64,000 bases of DNA from Cytophagales bacterium (lineage in GTDB: Bacteria > Bacteroidota > Bacteroidia > Cytophagales > JAAEPT01): positions 243,495 through 307,494 of the forward strand of contig CBDCZI010000025.1 in NCBI GenBank assembly GCA_965224495.1. The letters are read 5' to 3'. The notes under the pieces were generated by a model. The model did not search any database, had not been told where the DNA came from, and was given only the letters and a program-made list of their open reading frames with translations. Of the stretch, positions 31,401-40,941 are shown piece after piece. Position numbers and translations under genes: made by a program. Positions within the stretch are counted from its first letter, which is position 1. Each line of letters begins with the position of its first letter.

Positions 31401-34400
31401 CACTTAGCAAAAGTAGCAGCAACGCCAACAACACGTTGTGATGATGAAAGCCCATTAGGAAGCATCAGCTTAACTGACTCAGAATACCAAATTGTCGTAA
31501 CAGCAACAGCTGGAGATATGGCTAGTTTGGTAATAACAGGGGCAACGTTCCAAGAAACAGCAGCAGGTTCGGGTATCTGGTATAGTGGAGCAATAGCCGA
31601 AACAGTAACTTCAGCCGTTCATGTAACGGATGTTAATGATTGTGAGGGAGGAATAGACCTTACAGGGATAACAAGAACATGTTCTTGCCAAGCCAAAGGA
31701 GTAACTACCCTGACAACAGGAACAATTTGTGCAGAAGGAAATACAACAATAGAGGTAGTAACCAGTGGGCTAACAGGGAACTATAACGTAACCTTGACCC
31801 AACCAGATGCAACGACACAAGTCGCTTCAAGTAAGCCTACAGGAACAGAAGTGTTTACAGTAAGCCAAGCAGGAGATTATACCGTAGTGGTACAAGATGC
31901 AACAGATGGTTGTGTTGCAAATGGAGGAACGGTAAGACTTGCTCATTACCCCGTACCAACAGCAACAATAGCAGGAGATGCAAGTATTTGTGCAGCAGGA
32001 ACAGTGTCAACAAGTACAGGATTAGCTGTTACATTAACCGCAGGGACAGCACCTTTTGCTATTGATTTATTAGGAGGAACAGCAACGGAAAACTTAACCA
32101 ACCTAACAAGTCCTCATACCCAAGGCGTGAGTACAGCAGGTGTTTATACGTTGACTAATTTAGTAGATGCTAACGGATGCCAAGGAACAATTGCACCAAC
32201 AGAGAAAGCAACAATCACCAACTTTGAGAAGGTGATTGCTTCAGGAAGTGCGGTATGTAATAGCACACCTTCATTAGTATTAGGAGGCGTTACATTATCA
32301 CCTACACAATACCAAGTAGTAGTAGAAGTAACGCAAGGAGATTTGGCTTCAACGGTAGTCACTAAATTAGTGGGGGGAGTGTCATTGACAAGACTTCCTT
32401 TAACAAACAAGTGGTACAGTGGAGCGATAGACGAAACGACAGCCACAGATGTCCACGTAACAGACGGTAACAATTGTGAAGGAGGAATAGATATTACAGG
32501 ACTACAAAACCAATGTTCTTGTCCTATTGCAGCAACAGCTACTTTATTACCAGGGAGTATTTGTGATGATGGAACTTCAACAGCGACCTTAACAGTAAAT
32601 GTAACCAGTAGTAATACGACCGATATGACAGATTACACGATAGCGGTAACAGGAGCAGAAACGGTTGGTTCGACAGAAACGCCAGATGCTTCAGGAGCAG
32701 TGGTAAATAAAACTTACAATGTAAATACAAACGGAGCTTATGCCATTAAGGTAACAAGTAACGGACAAAATGGAGCTTGTGTTGTATCAGCAGGAGGGCA
32801 AAACTTAACGGTAAATGCTTTACCAACAGCAAGTATCACAACAACAGGTACAGCGTTGGAATACTGTCAAGGAGAAACACCAATAACCTTAACGGCAACA
32901 CAAGTGATTGGAGCAACAAGTTACGAATGGTTCAAAGGTGGAGTTACACAAGGAACAACCTTAACCAACAGCAAAACAAATGCAACAGCAGATGCAGCAT
33001 GGACGGTGAAAGTAACCGACGCAAATGGTTGTGATCAAACGTCAAATCCAGTAGCGGTAATAGAAAATGCTTTACCAATAGCAAGTATAACGACAACAGG
33101 AACAGCATTGGCGTACTGTAAAGACGGAGCAGGAGTTGTATTAAGAGCGACAAACGTACCAAATGCAACTACCTACGAATGGTTCAAAGAAACAACTTCA
33201 GTAACAATAGGAGCAGGAGATACAAAGACAGGAGCGTTAGCAGGAAGTTGGACAGTAAAAGTAATTGATGATAACACTTGTACAGCAACTTCAACGGCAG
33301 TAAGCGTTATTGAAAACCCATTACCAACACCAAGTATTACGACAAGTGGAACGGACTTAGCATACTGTAAAAATGCAACAGGAGTAACACTAGCAGCAAC
33401 AGGCGGAGTAGATTACGCATGGATAAAAGACAACGGAACACCAACAGCTTACTCGACAACAGCCACAACAAGTGATGCGAAGTTTGGTAACTGGCAAGTA
33501 AAAGTAAAAGACGCTAAAGGGTGTGAAGCAACTTCATTAGCAGTAACCGTAACAGAAAACACCCTACCAACGGCTACCTTGACAAGCGCAACAAACCCTG
33601 TGATTTATTGTGCAGGAACAAGCGCACCAATAATTACGGTGGCGATTACAGGAAATGGACCATTTACTTATGACTATACAGGAGGGGCAAACGGAACAGG
33701 GCAAAGTACAGGAACAATAACAACAAGTAACACGGACAACGCAGCGACCACTTACCAACTCACGAAGGTAACAGATGCTAACAACTGTGAAGGGACAAGC
33801 TTTGGAGCAAGTGTTGTGGTGACACAAGAAGAAGTGCCAGGCGTACCAACACTGAGATCGGACGCAGAAACAACGGTATGTGAAGCAACTGTATTTAATA
33901 TTACAGCAACTTCGGTAGCAGTAGGAACGCCAACGATTATTTGGGAACAAGGAGGGACAGGAACAGAAGCGAGCCCATCGATTGTAGTAGGTAATACGGC
34001 AGGAAGCGTAACGATTTACCAAGCCAAAGCAAAAATTGGAAACTGTCCATCGGAAAGTTCTTTACCCTTAGTAGTTACAGTAAAAGAAAGTGCAACAGTA
34101 AGTTTAACGGTAAATAAAACAACAGTTTGTGAGGAAGAAAAGGTGGTATTTACAGCCTCATCAACCCACGCGGACCCAGGGGTAACTTACGACTGGTATT
34201 TGAATATAGAGGTCGCAGGGATAAACACAGAGATAAAGACAGTGACAACGATAAACCCAACTTATGAAGTGAAATTAACAGACAGTGACGTTTTATACAG
34301 TGTGAAGATAGCCAACAACAGTTCTTGTGTAGGAGCAGAGGTAAGTTCTAATTTACAAGCGGTAGCAGTAACGAAGTTACCAAAACCAACATTGAATAGC

Positions 34401-35162
34401 TTAAGTGAGAGCTTATGTGGTACAGATGGAGGTTTTGACTTGGTGGCAAGGGATGAAAACGGAGTGATTTATACGAGTGGAATAGATTGGCGCGATGGAA
34501 ATGACGATAAATTATTAGAAACAAGTGGGAGCTACCATGTAACTAAAACAGGGACTTACGCAGTGTATGTCACTAAAAACGGATGTCGTTCAAAAATACA
34601 CTCAGGAAGAACGGTAGCACAAGTGGTTGTTCAGGAATTGAGTTTAGACTTTAGTCCATCAGAGACCCAAGACATCGAAGAAGATGAAGAGGTGGTGTTA
34701 GAGGCAATTGTAGGAGGAGGAATAGGCGTATTAGAATACGCTTGGACTCGAACAGAGACAGGGAATGTGACCGGTAGTTCATCAAGTTATGTTTACCCAG
34801 CAAGCAAGACAGAAAACGTATCGGTAGTGGTAACTGATACGCAGACCAACTGTACGGTAAGTAGTGGGGTGACGGAGATAAATGTATTGAAATCATTTAA
34901 AGTACCCAATGCGTTTACACCAAACGGAGATGGATTTAATGATACGTGGAACATTGAAGGGTTAGAAACTTATAGAAACTCGGTGATGAATGTTTATAAC
35001 CGTTGGGGACAATTGGTTTACAGTAACCACGGGTCATACACAGAGGCATGGGACGGAAGAAGAAATGGTAAAGACTTACCTATCGGAACGTACTATTATG
35101 TGATTACCCTAAACCAAGACGGCAAAGAAAACGTGAGTGGTGATGTAACTATCGTGAGGTAA
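25491..35162 (+). CDS. Giant repeat-rich cell-surface protein with T9SS type-B C-terminal sorting domain (SprB-like adhesin class)
   Basis: 3223 aa with a signal peptide. Dozens of Thr/Ala/Gly-rich Ig-like modules carry conserved Cys pairs. The last about 88 aa match the gliding-motility-associated CTD ([15 protein letters not shown]...YNRWGQLVY...WDGR...[10 protein letters not shown]). Confidence 0.9.
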   Translation: MNKYKLILAGILFFVIGGSATFGQSCSDATPVQAVFNGDFEKGYLTSASSQYSDGAARGFKSDLLPVTDFTGANCVYGFGGKYGIAKNLGATGACGADFPYIGAGYPGAMVFEDHTPTEGGDGFALLVDFIAAANSSSVYTGGLPVAWLQEVTIFPSETYYFSAWFGNYTTTPGTPELYFVVTPIDAANNLVIAERTVVGTAQPTGVMQWQQFSGEWNPTGVYTKAQISIEVDFTLTAPASGADFAFDDISFKNGCDDLLAGGDFDPDLGTDFSLCNTGGTSTLDFGGASNAFQQIRWYEVTGTGTDNLIAAANDTKTLPVSISGTNSTGKYRVCIQEAGKCARNSIVEVKDDLAALSIADIELCTNPTETVDCTVDFVSPINSITWKKDGTTEATDVRTLTISSPGNYSVDIVGDGNCDASETFTVTSLIPIADEDPFSLCAGKTMDLTVTDPTAGGNIDWYTTATGGVPVLTSATLLSYSAGTLPFTYYVENAAQDNYTAGYATTGPTFSNSDPQRRVDFVSDIPLVINSVQIKPTVSSGICWSPGGTQNYTIGLYLGTGAGATATGQTVTQAINCTGGIQTVALGFNVPAGNYQLRLEKGAGLGAGTDQHYIPTATIVSLPGVITINKSNDPLYGGPFFNWDIGVPKGCARIPVNVIEKLTGCCPVFDGVAINEASVTTCSVGGTETFTANKVGANLAVNLYEFRWLNGATEVKTWTAGSAGLSLTNAELIAGGAGTYTVELRIIGNVTCTAVSSGVTLTVNTTPTTPVLAGTQAYCAGDNISLNVTAGTVTTGATYAWEKDVAAIAGTTATYTKASSVTTDAGSYTVTATKDGCSSAESASYALTVNEVPAKPTITANPTATSICTGDAVTLTSASVTTGVTYVWTKGTASGTNDKDIVIASAVTGDGGTYTTTATKTENGKACISPASDNFVLTVNTTPVTPILAGTQAYCAGESLSINVTPGTATTGATYAWKKDAAAIAGTTATYTKASSVTTDAGSYTVTATNAGCSSAESAGYAVTVDEAVTIAAITPAAVCFPGTVDITTGAVTPGTATVTYHVGAGGTGAIQPTATAVTGTAVYSVKAVNGQCNTTSDVNVTVTPLPLAPTVAPLSYCKDATGAAVLTATGAGLTWYTAATSGTATAPTPSTAIVTTFDYYVSQTVTSCEGPRANLQVTINALPTVSATSDDADNKICLGDNVTLTGGGADTYVWDNSVTDRTAFTPTGTVNYTVTGTNTATTCTNTASVQVEVNALPTVTATVTGSPACLGANVTLTGGGASTYTWDNGVANATAFATTAVGTTTYEVEGTDANGCKKKATVDVVVNALPTAVLTGTASICNKAGVTTDLNIALTGAQPWEVVYNNPITGNQTINPTSSPATVAVNNAGDYTLVSVKDANNCTATSATGTATIDYLDEVIATYETKCSGDEVGTLVLGGTDFQIVLTVTQGDLSSITATETTVHGVTFTREGTTNQWVSGAIDESNTVVADIKDGNDCNTLTRSGMNTRCSCPATGTTVIGTGGLLTETICNDAGVESTVTVTYNGGSSDYRITLDQPTSADVIKDNETGTTTFAVSEAGTYNVEIYSNGNACPVNGGSVTLAHHTTPVAQLTATSATTVCAGDNVTLEVKLTAGDAPFTFNLDNTTPVSSVAKTGATTTFTEAISTTGDYSITNVKDNNGCIGTASGAVTIANHANTAATAITKCDTPLGGVTLAADEFQIVVTATAGTFTSDPITETTAHGVTFSRVGLTDVWYSGAINEANAVDLDFADDNGCNTVDLDGLQKRCSCPAEIDDFTIDKTEICASPSQTATLTVTYSGGDATDTYTLSLTGAETQSNAGAAGSTSTTFTVSTPGTYNVAITNITQGNCVINGTTQKVLAHYTTPKAEITGDASICDDAPTVTTPLTITLTDGVAPFTLDVSNGVGAITGATTAHTENVSASGSYTLSNLVDNNGCEGTVSGSATITHLAKVAATPTTRCDDESPLGSISLTDSEYQIVVTATAGDMASLVITGATFQETAAGSGIWYSGAIAETVTSAVHVTDVNDCEGGIDLTGITRTCSCQAKGVTTLTTGTICAEGNTTIEVVTSGLTGNYNVTLTQPDATTQVASSKPTGTEVFTVSQAGDYTVVVQDATDGCVANGGTVRLAHYPVPTATIAGDASICAAGTVSTSTGLAVTLTAGTAPFAIDLLGGTATENLTNLTSPHTQGVSTAGVYTLTNLVDANGCQGTIAPTEKATITNFEKVIASGSAVCNSTPSLVLGGVTLSPTQYQVVVEVTQGDLASTVVTKLVGGVSLTRLPLTNKWYSGAIDETTATDVHVTDGNNCEGGIDITGLQNQCSCPIAATATLLPGSICDDGTSTATLTVNVTSSNTTDMTDYTIAVTGAETVGSTETPDASGAVVNKTYNVNTNGAYAIKVTSNGQNGACVVSAGGQNLTVNALPTASITTTGTALEYCQGETPITLTATQVIGATSYEWFKGGVTQGTTLTNSKTNATADAAWTVKVTDANGCDQTSNPVAVIENALPIASITTTGTALAYCKDGAGVVLRATNVPNATTYEWFKETTSVTIGAGDTKTGALAGSWTVKVIDDNTCTATSTAVSVIENPLPTPSITTSGTDLAYCKNATGVTLAATGGVDYAWIKDNGTPTAYSTTATTSDAKFGNWQVKVKDAKGCEATSLAVTVTENTLPTATLTSATNPVIYCAGTSAPIITVAITGNGPFTYDYTGGANGTGQSTGTITTSNTDNAATTYQLTKVTDANNCEGTSFGASVVVTQEEVPGVPTLRSDAETTVCEATVFNITATSVAVGTPTIIWEQGGTGTEASPSIVVGNTAGSVTIYQAKAKIGNCPSESSLPLVVTVKESATVSLTVNKTTVCEEEKVVFTASSTHADPGVTYDWYLNIEVAGINTEIKTVTTINPTYEVKLTDSDVLYSVKIANNSSCVGAEVSSNLQAVAVTKLPKPTLNSLSESLCGTDGGFDLVARDENGVIYTSGIDWRDGNDDKLLETSGSYHVTKTGTYAVYVTKNGCRSKIHSGRTVAQVVVQELSLDFSPSETQDIEEDEEVVLEAIVGGGIGVLEYAWTRTETGNVTGSSSSYVYPASKTENVSVVVTDTQTNCTVSSGVTEINVLKSFKVPNAFTPNGDGFNDTWNIEGLETYRNSVMNVYNRWGQLVYSNHGSYTEAWDGRRNGKDLPIGTYYYVITLNQDGKENVSGDVTIVR
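29476..32815 (+). repeat. Four tandem macro-repeats of about 275 aa (822-834 nt) inside the giant gene
   Basis: A CSC(P/Q) landmark recurs at 30024, 30858, 31680 and 32514. Each unit has three sub-domains (..ASIC..PF.., [27 protein letters not shown], and ..TVTY.GG..Y..L...G.Y.V....C..NGG...LAH). Confidence 0.85.
34896..35159 (+). other. T9SS type-B C-terminal sorting domain of the giant protein
   Basis: [72 protein letters not shown]. Confidence 0.9.
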
Positions 35163-35163
35163 T

Positions 35164-36168
35164 ATGCAAATGAACTATAGCCCTTTTAGCCAAAAGTACA
35201 GGTATGGATTCCAAGGGCAGGAGAAAGATGATGAAATAAAAGGGGAAGGAAACTCTATCAATTATAAGTACCGTATGCATGATGCTAGAATTGGTAGGTT
35301 CTTATCATTAGACCCACTGGCACCAAGTTACCCACATAACTCACCTTATGCTTTTAGTGAGAATAGGGTGATTGATGGGGTTGAACTAGAAGGGTTAGAA
35401 GTTGATTTGACTAGTGGTAAAGAGTGGGCTTATGTGTTGGATGGTCTAGGTACTTTATTCAGTTGGGATCATTTTAAGGGGGAGGCTAGTGTCCCAGTGA
35501 TAGCTGTAAAAAATAAAGATTTTGTTTATGATAACACGATTAGTGTTGGAGCACTTACATGGGGACGGTCAACAACATTTAATTATAGAGGGGATACACA
35601 AGCTGAAGAAACATATGATCATGTTGGTATTACATTTGATCTTTTTAACAGTAATCCTGCAACTACGGTGGCTGATGTTGCTTTAGGTTCGTTGAATCAT
35701 ACATTTTCACTTGGAGTAGTTAATAATTTAGATCCTGATGGGGATGGTGAAAATGACTATTCAGGTTTCTTTATTGGAATAGGTGCTTCTTATGATGGTG
35801 TTGGGGCTAATCACAGTGGATGGAGAACGAAAGGAAAGTGGGTGAGTTCAACATGTATAACTTTAAGTGTAAAAGATTTGCTTTTGTCTATGGCAACAGG
35901 AGGAAATGCTAATGTATCCATTAACTTTGATTTTTTCATTGACCCAAATAGCTCAGATTCAGCACTTGAACAATTCCTTAAAGCGAATGATGATTTTTGG
36001 AATTCAGTAGGGGAATCAGGAGTAGAAGTTACAGATTCTATGAGAAAACAATTAGAGGCAGCAACGAGTATTATGAAAGAATCTATTATTAATGGAGATA
36101 GTTATGATACATACTCAGATAAATATGAAAAACAGGAGACCCCTGATGTTCAAAATACTGGTTTATAA
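35164..36168 (+). CDS. Orphan Rhs-repeat-associated-core fragment fused to an unrecognised C-terminal (putative toxin) domain
   Basis: The N-terminal 80 aa match the Bacteroidota Rhs core terminus ([19 protein letters not shown]...[43 protein letters not shown]). There is no signal peptide and no YD-repeat shell. The ATG lies 1 nt after the giant-gene stop. Confidence 0.75.
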   Translation: MQMNYSPFSQKYRYGFQGQEKDDEIKGEGNSINYKYRMHDARIGRFLSLDPLAPSYPHNSPYAFSENRVIDGVELEGLEVDLTSGKEWAYVLDGLGTLFSWDHFKGEASVPVIAVKNKDFVYDNTISVGALTWGRSTTFNYRGDTQAEETYDHVGITFDLFNSNPATTVADVALGSLNHTFSLGVVNNLDPDGDGENDYSGFFIGIGASYDGVGANHSGWRTKGKWVSSTCITLSVKDLLLSMATGGNANVSINFDFFIDPNSSDSALEQFLKANDDFWNSVGESGVEVTDSMRKQLEAATSIMKESIINGDSYDTYSDKYEKQETPDVQNTGL

Positions 36169-36204
36169 GTCATTTGTGGTGTTGGTGTACAAAAACAATA
36201 AAAG

Positions 36205-36801
36205 ATGAATTACTCAATTTGGAATAGAAGGGTGCTGTTGTTAATAATTCTATTTTTAATAGTTGGTTTCCTTTTCCATATTATATACCCTAGCACAGTA
36301 ATGTTAATAGTTCCATCGAAGATTTTGGCAATTGAAGGTTTATTAACTCTAGTTATTACGGGAATAATTGAATTGCTATTTTATTTTAGGGATAAATCTA
36401 ATTATATCATTAAATGGGCTAAGATGATTATATTTTTCCCCTTATTATTAGTTAGTTCTGGGTATTGCCTAAAAGGTTATTTTGAAATTTTAGCATCTAA
36501 TATGATGACCTACAATCTTGTAAATGTACAGCTGATAATAGAGGATAAACAAAAAAAATCAATACATGGAGAGACATATTCTCTAATCTGTTATGTACCA
36601 GTCTACAGTAGAAAAATTAAAGTACCTATTGAAAACAAGTTTTATAGAGATATTGAAAAAGGTGATTTATTGGAACTAAATCTTCGTCATAACGACTTAG
36701 GCTTAGTTTTTTCTGATTATTTTCACCTTATAACAGAGGTAACGCCTCATAAGGTGAAATCTAAACCATCCTCATTACTGAATGAAAACACACGTGACTA
36801 G
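36205..36801 (+). CDS. Polytopic membrane protein, candidate cognate immunity protein
   Basis: 198 aa with 3-4 N-terminal TM helices plus a small soluble C-terminal domain. Visibly more AT-rich than flanking genes. Sits immediately downstream of the toxin ORF. Confidence 0.55.
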   Translation: MNYSIWNRRVLLLIILFLIVGFLFHIIYPSTVMLIVPSKILAIEGLLTLVITGIIELLFYFRDKSNYIIKWAKMIIFFPLLLVSSGYCLKGYFEILASNMMTYNLVNVQLIIEDKQKKSIHGETYSLICYVPVYSRKIKVPIENKFYRDIEKGDLLELNLRHNDLGLVFSDYFHLITEVTPHKVKSKPSSLLNENTRD

Positions 36802-36995
36802 CATTTGCAATGCGAAATGTTAGGAATCTTTCCATCAACCTTTCCTACGTTTCGAAAGCTCAAAAATGATATGAAAAAGATAGCCTTGCATCGAAAGTGA
36901 TGTGAGGCTATTCTTGTTTTGTGGTGATTTTGGGTGATAGGTTTGATGGTCTTTGCGGAGGTTTTACATGTTTTATTGGACCCTGGGACCAATAC

Positions 36996-37151
36996 CTAAA
37001 CCTTCTGAATTCTGTTCTTTCTGTTCAATCTATTGACTACAGCTTCCATTTCTTCTGGCATTTCAAATTTGTCTTTATGATATATGTTAATTAGAAATTC
37101 TGATAAGTGTTCACTGAACTCACCAATGACTTTCAAGAAATCAATAGGCTC
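36996..37151 (-). pseudogene. 3' fragment of an unknown gene truncated at repeat X
   Basis: Only the C-terminal about 50 aa (..EPIDFLKVIGEFSEHLSEFLINIYHKDKFEMPEEMEAVVNRLNRKNRIQKV*) look protein-like. The upstream part of track ORF 36996..37274 is a translation of repeat X. Confidence 0.35.
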
Positions 37152-37259
37152 ATCCCGCTCGCGCGCGTATAAAAAATGATGGCTAGAGCGCATTTGCAAT
37201 GCGTTCAATGTGAGTAAATAACGAAGAACTGAAAGGTCAAGGTAGAAAATACCAATACG
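37152..37259. repeat. Local repeat X, copy 2
   Basis: ATCCCGCTCG...GCATTTGCAATGCGTTCAATGTGAGTAAATAACGAAGAACTGAAAGG...AATACG. Aligns with 37469-37557, and a 14-nt core GCATTTGCAATGCG also occurs at 36801-36814. Confidence 0.6.
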
Positions 37260-37284
37260 TACCAACCACCGCACAAACCCACTG

Positions 37285-37310
37285 GTCTAAGCGTCTCGCT
37301 TAGACTTTTT
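37285..37310 (+). terminator. Orphan hairpin plus T-tract
   Basis: GTCTAAGCG-TCT-CGCTTAGAC followed by TTTTT. There is no intact upstream gene. Confidence 0.5.
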
Positions 37311-37378
37311 AATGATACTGGAGTGTCTATATTTAGTGTGACGGTATTTTTAAGTCCGTAACTTATTATATTTGGATT

Positions 37379-37468
37379 ATGGAAAGGAAGAAGTACGAGA
37401 ATGATTTTAAAGTAATGGTAGTAGAATTACTAGAGCAGGCAGAACAGTAAAAGAGCTTAGCGATGAGT
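37379..37468 (+). mobile_element. IS3-family orfA (HTH) remnant, frameshifted and truncated
   Basis: MERKKYENDFKVMVVELLE, then after a frame change GRTVKELSDEY. This is the typical N-terminus of IS3-family OrfA. The sequence is cut off by repeat X at 37469. Confidence 0.55.
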
Positions 37469-37557
37469 ATCCCGCTCGAGTGCATTTACAATGCTTTTAA
37501 TGTGCCTAAACAACGAAGAACTTAAAAGGCACAAAGTAAACAGACAACAGTAATACG
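37469..37557. repeat. Local repeat X, copy 3
   Basis: ATCCCGCTCGAGTGCATTTACAATGCTTTTAATGTGCCTAAACAACGAAGAACTTAAAAGG...AATACG. Confidence 0.6.
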
Positions 37558-37654
37558 GATATACGAACTCTAGTATATTACCCTCGTTGTAAACGAGTGC
37601 TAGAAGGTTTACACACAGACGATAGAAAGTCAATTAAGAACTAATAAACGCGTG

Positions 37655-37826
37655 AGGGATAGAGACGGCATCCTTTTTGGGCTTTTTCTGCCCGAAAAGA
37701 TACAGTCGAAAGCCCGACCCGAGGGGTGCTATGAAATAGTGTTTTTATGGTGCTGAACTCTTTGCTATGAAAAGCAGTAAAACAAAACAAAAGAGGGGTA
37801 CGTCCAAATCTACACGTTATTTAAAA
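37655..37826 (-). repeat. Dispersed structured element, copy D (divergent)
   Basis: The minus-sense sequence reads TTTGGACGTACCCCTC...GGGTCGGGCTTTCGAC..ATCTTTTCGGGC-AGAAAAA-GCCCAAAAAGGAT..CTCTATCCCTCACGC. The long-range helix is not preserved. Confidence 0.6.
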
Positions 37827-37845
37827 GCCCGTCGAGGCTCTCGAC

Positions 37846-38538
37846 TCAATAAGGTTTGACGTTATTCTTTTTCTTTGCTTCAGCTTTCTTTTTTGCTCGG
37901 TTTCTTTCTACATCTTTAAAAAACCTATTCCACGCAAACGGATCTAATACAGACAGCGAATTAAATAGGTACCTGTTTTCGATATATTGTACCTGTTGTT
38001 GCATATAGTAGGCATGATTCATTCCTGAGGTCATTGTCGAGTTATTAAGTAACTGCGTCATGATTTGATGGTTTAGGTTTTTGTCGGCATTATTCAATTC
38101 TTTGTCATAGACTTCGGAATATGCCAACACGGCATCCTTGAAAACTTGTTCAGGAGGGAGTCCGCCCAAAGTTACTTCTGGTAAAACAATAGTGTCTTGA
38201 GAAAGCATAATCTTCATAAAGTAGGTGTCTACGCTGTCAGGGATTTCAGGAATACGAACACTTCGTCCACGAAAACCAATCGCACGAATAATAATACTAT
38301 CACCTTCGACGGCTGGAAAAGAAAAATAACCCAATAAACTAGTTGTTGCTCCTCGATGATTTATAGGGTCAAAGACGCTCGCGCCCGCTACACCGTACAA
38401 ACTATCTCCTTCAAGTACCAACCCATGAAACTGAACGATTTTTTTCCCTTCTTTTGTATGTGTGTTTTTATCACTTTGAGCAAAAATAATTGTGCCTAGC
38501 AGTAAAAAAACGACTGTAAATAGATGCTTTATTTTCAT
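37846..38538 (-). CDS. Secreted CarboxypepD_reg-like domain protein
   Basis: 230 aa with a signal peptide. The FHGLVLEGDSLYGVAGASV...TTSLLGYFSFPAVEGDSIIIRAIGF pattern is that of the carboxypeptidase-regulatory-like fold. Confidence 0.6.
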   Translation of the reverse strand: MKIKHLFTVVFLLLGTIIFAQSDKNTHTKEGKKIVQFHGLVLEGDSLYGVAGASVFDPINHRGATTSLLGYFSFPAVEGDSIIIRAIGFRGRSVRIPEIPDSVDTYFMKIMLSQDTIVLPEVTLGGLPPEQVFKDAVLAYSEVYDKELNNADKNLNHQIMTQLLNNSTMTSGMNHAYYMQQQVQYIENRYLFNSLSVLDPFAWNRFFKDVERNRAKKKAEAKKKNNVKPY

Positions 38539-38661
38539 TGTTAACCTTCTTATTGTTTGTAAATATACATTTAGCAGTTTGTATTTGGTGTTTTTTGGTA
38601 CGTGTTTTTTTTCTATTCTCTTATAGAAAGGCTATATTTAAAGCTTTATTGATCTTGTGTT

Positions 38662-39060
38662 ATGCGGTTTACATCTTTCCAACTCAATGTTGGTTCTAAA
38701 ATATTCAAAACTCTCAGCGAAGAATCTCGGCTAAGAATAATGTTTCTGTTTCATACTAACGGTCAAATGTGTATTTCTGATATAGAACAGATATTAGATT
38801 TTACGCAATCAAAAACTTCTCGCCATATTTCCTTTATTAGAAACAATGGTTTGTTTACGATTTACAAACACGACAATTGGACTTTTTATTCTATTAAAGA
38901 AGAGTATATGGGGATTATCTCGCAAATGCTCTCGTTTATGGAGAAAGATAGTACCATTGCTAAAGATCAAGAAACGTACGAAACGCTTTATGCAAATAAT
39001 ATTTTAGCGATTAGAAAACTGCACAACCTACAACGGACTTACAAACTTCCCGAATTGTAA
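38662..39060 (+). CDS. ArsR/SmtB-family winged-helix transcriptional regulator
   Basis: FKTLSEESRLRIMFLF...MCISDIEQILDFTQSKTSRHISFIRNNGL matches the ArsR HTH. Confidence 0.7.
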   Translation: MRFTSFQLNVGSKIFKTLSEESRLRIMFLFHTNGQMCISDIEQILDFTQSKTSRHISFIRNNGLFTIYKHDNWTFYSIKEEYMGIISQMLSFMEKDSTIAKDQETYETLYANNILAIRKLHNLQRTYKLPEL

Positions 39061-40869
39061 TTAATCTAAACTCGAATCTCTTTGGTGACGCTTTAATCGC
39101 TGACGGTAAACACTAAAAATACTTGATTTAGAGATAAATCCTACGTATTCCGAACCATCGACAACAGGTAAATTCCATTTCCCTGTAACTTCAAATTTTT
39201 TCATTACCGTAGCCATGCCGTCGGTAGTTTTGATAACCACTTTTGGGATATGCATGATGGTACGAACCATTACATCTTGTTGTTTTTGTGGATCAAACAT
39301 TATCTTACGTACATCATCTAAAGAGATTACGCCTACCAAACCACAACTGCTATCTACTACGGGGAAAACATTCCTTTTAGATAGTTTTACTTGTTCAATT
39401 AAATCACATAAGAAGCCGTCTGGGTGTACTGTTTTGAAATCTCTTTCTATCATTTTAGAAAGTTTCATTCTGTCTAATACCATCTTGTCACGGTTAGCAA
39501 TCACCAAATCTCCTCGTTCGACCAAATGTTTGGTGTAGATAGAGTAAGGTTCAAAATAAGAAATTGCCACGTACGAAATCGCTGAAACTAACATCAAAGG
39601 AAGCATTAAAGCGTAACCACCTGTGATTTCTGCAATTAAGAAAATACCTGTTAATGGTGCGTGTAATACACCACTAAACACACCACACATACCTACCAAA
39701 GCAAAGCTGGCAGGAGATACGTCTCCAATTCCTGTATGATTGATTACTGTAGCGATTAAATAACCTGTCAATGCGCCAATCATCAATGAAGGGGCGAATA
39801 TCCCTCCCGAACCACCCGAACCAATAGTCAATGCCGTAGCTATTGCTTTTACTAAAATCAAAGCAAAAATAATACCCAACAATACGAGTATTTCGTCGTA
39901 ATATTGGTTGTTTAAGAACAGCGTTTGTTCTAATATATGTGCTGTGTTTCCTGAAATCAAATCTTTAATTGTAGTATAACCCTCTCCGTAGAGACCAGGG
40001 AGTACAGCGACCAATAAAGCTAATAATGTACCGCTTACTAGCAAGCGGACATAGTCATTTTTTATTTGATGAACCAGTCCTTCGAAATAATACTGCATGC
40101 GTGTAAAGTGCAAGGCAACGATACCGCTTACCACACCTAAAACCAAGTAAAAAGGTACTTCACTTGCCGTAAAATGATCTACGACATCAAACTTAAATAA
40201 TATTTCTTCGCCTAATAATACTTGTGAAATGGTTGCACCACTTACTGCTGCCAACAATAAAGGAATGAAAATCTCAATTGAAATATCTACAACAATAACT
40301 TCGATAACAAAGATAACACCTGCAATCGGTGAGTTAAAAATACCAGCTACTGCCCCTGCAGCTCCACAAGCCAACAGTAAGGTTCTGTATTTGTAATTGA
40401 GGTGCATTTGTTTTGCGATATTTGCTCCAATAGCCGAACCTGTAACTACAATCGGTGCCTCTAATCCGACTGATCCACCAAAACCAACAGTTATTGCACT
40501 GGTAATCATTCTCGAAAAGGTCATTGAGGGTTTTATTTTACTTGACCCTTTATTGATAATAAATAGAATGTTAGAAATTCCATGACCTAACCGTTCGCCA
40601 AAAATAAATGTTGAAATCAAAAAAGTAATCAATAAACCAACAAAAGGATAGACAACATACCAATAATTAGAAAAAGATAAGGTGTCGTTTCCACTCAAAA
40701 AATGGTGTATGTAATGTACCACACTTTTTAACGTTACCGCTGCCAAACCTGCACCTATACCTACAATTACGCTCAAAAACAGAACGAAATTTTTATTTGA
40801 AACATGTCTAATTCTCCACCTTAATACGGTCGAAGCGATACTTCTTGAATGCATAAGTGCAAAGGTCAT
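39061..40869 (-). CDS. ClC-family chloride channel/antiporter with C-terminal CBS pair
   Basis: GSGIPE-like and GxEGP selectivity motifs (GFGGSVGLEAP; GSGGSGGIFAPSL) and two CBS domains in the last about 140 aa. Its stop abuts the ArsR stop. Confidence 0.85.
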   Translation of the reverse strand: MTFALMHSRSIASTVLRWRIRHVSNKNFVLFLSVIVGIGAGLAAVTLKSVVHYIHHFLSGNDTLSFSNYWYVVYPFVGLLITFLISTFIFGERLGHGISNILFIINKGSSKIKPSMTFSRMITSAITVGFGGSVGLEAPIVVTGSAIGANIAKQMHLNYKYRTLLLACGAAGAVAGIFNSPIAGVIFVIEVIVVDISIEIFIPLLLAAVSGATISQVLLGEEILFKFDVVDHFTASEVPFYLVLGVVSGIVALHFTRMQYYFEGLVHQIKNDYVRLLVSGTLLALLVAVLPGLYGEGYTTIKDLISGNTAHILEQTLFLNNQYYDEILVLLGIIFALILVKAIATALTIGSGGSGGIFAPSLMIGALTGYLIATVINHTGIGDVSPASFALVGMCGVFSGVLHAPLTGIFLIAEITGGYALMLPLMLVSAISYVAISYFEPYSIYTKHLVERGDLVIANRDKMVLDRMKLSKMIERDFKTVHPDGFLCDLIEQVKLSKRNVFPVVDSSCGLVGVISLDDVRKIMFDPQKQQDVMVRTIMHIPKVVIKTTDGMATVMKKFEVTGKWNLPVVDGSEYVGFISKSSIFSVYRQRLKRHQRDSSLD

Positions 40870-40941
40870 TAATTAATATTAATAAATGAATGTTATCTTT
40901 AAGATTATTAATAGAAAGGACTTTTATTTTACAATAACGAG

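Noticed and set aside
27850-33168. Many 60-110-aa ORFs on other frames and strands inside the giant gene (e.g. 27850-28062, 28324-28521, 28479-28679, 32944-33168, 33564-34022), rich in Leu, Cys or Arg.
   Set aside because: They are low-complexity mirror translations of the ACA/GCA/GGA-rich Thr/Ala/Gly codons of the sense frame. They have no independent starts, motifs or context.
36798-36992. 64-aa minus-strand ORF after the immunity candidate.
   Set aside because: Basic, low-complexity sequence with no motif. It lies in a region of evident fragment debris.
36801-37560. Repeat X as integron attC sites (GTTAGGA / GCCTAAAC-like cores).
   Set aside because: The cores do not fit the RYYYAAC/GTTRRRY consensus in paired inverted orientation. 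No integrase gene is nearby.
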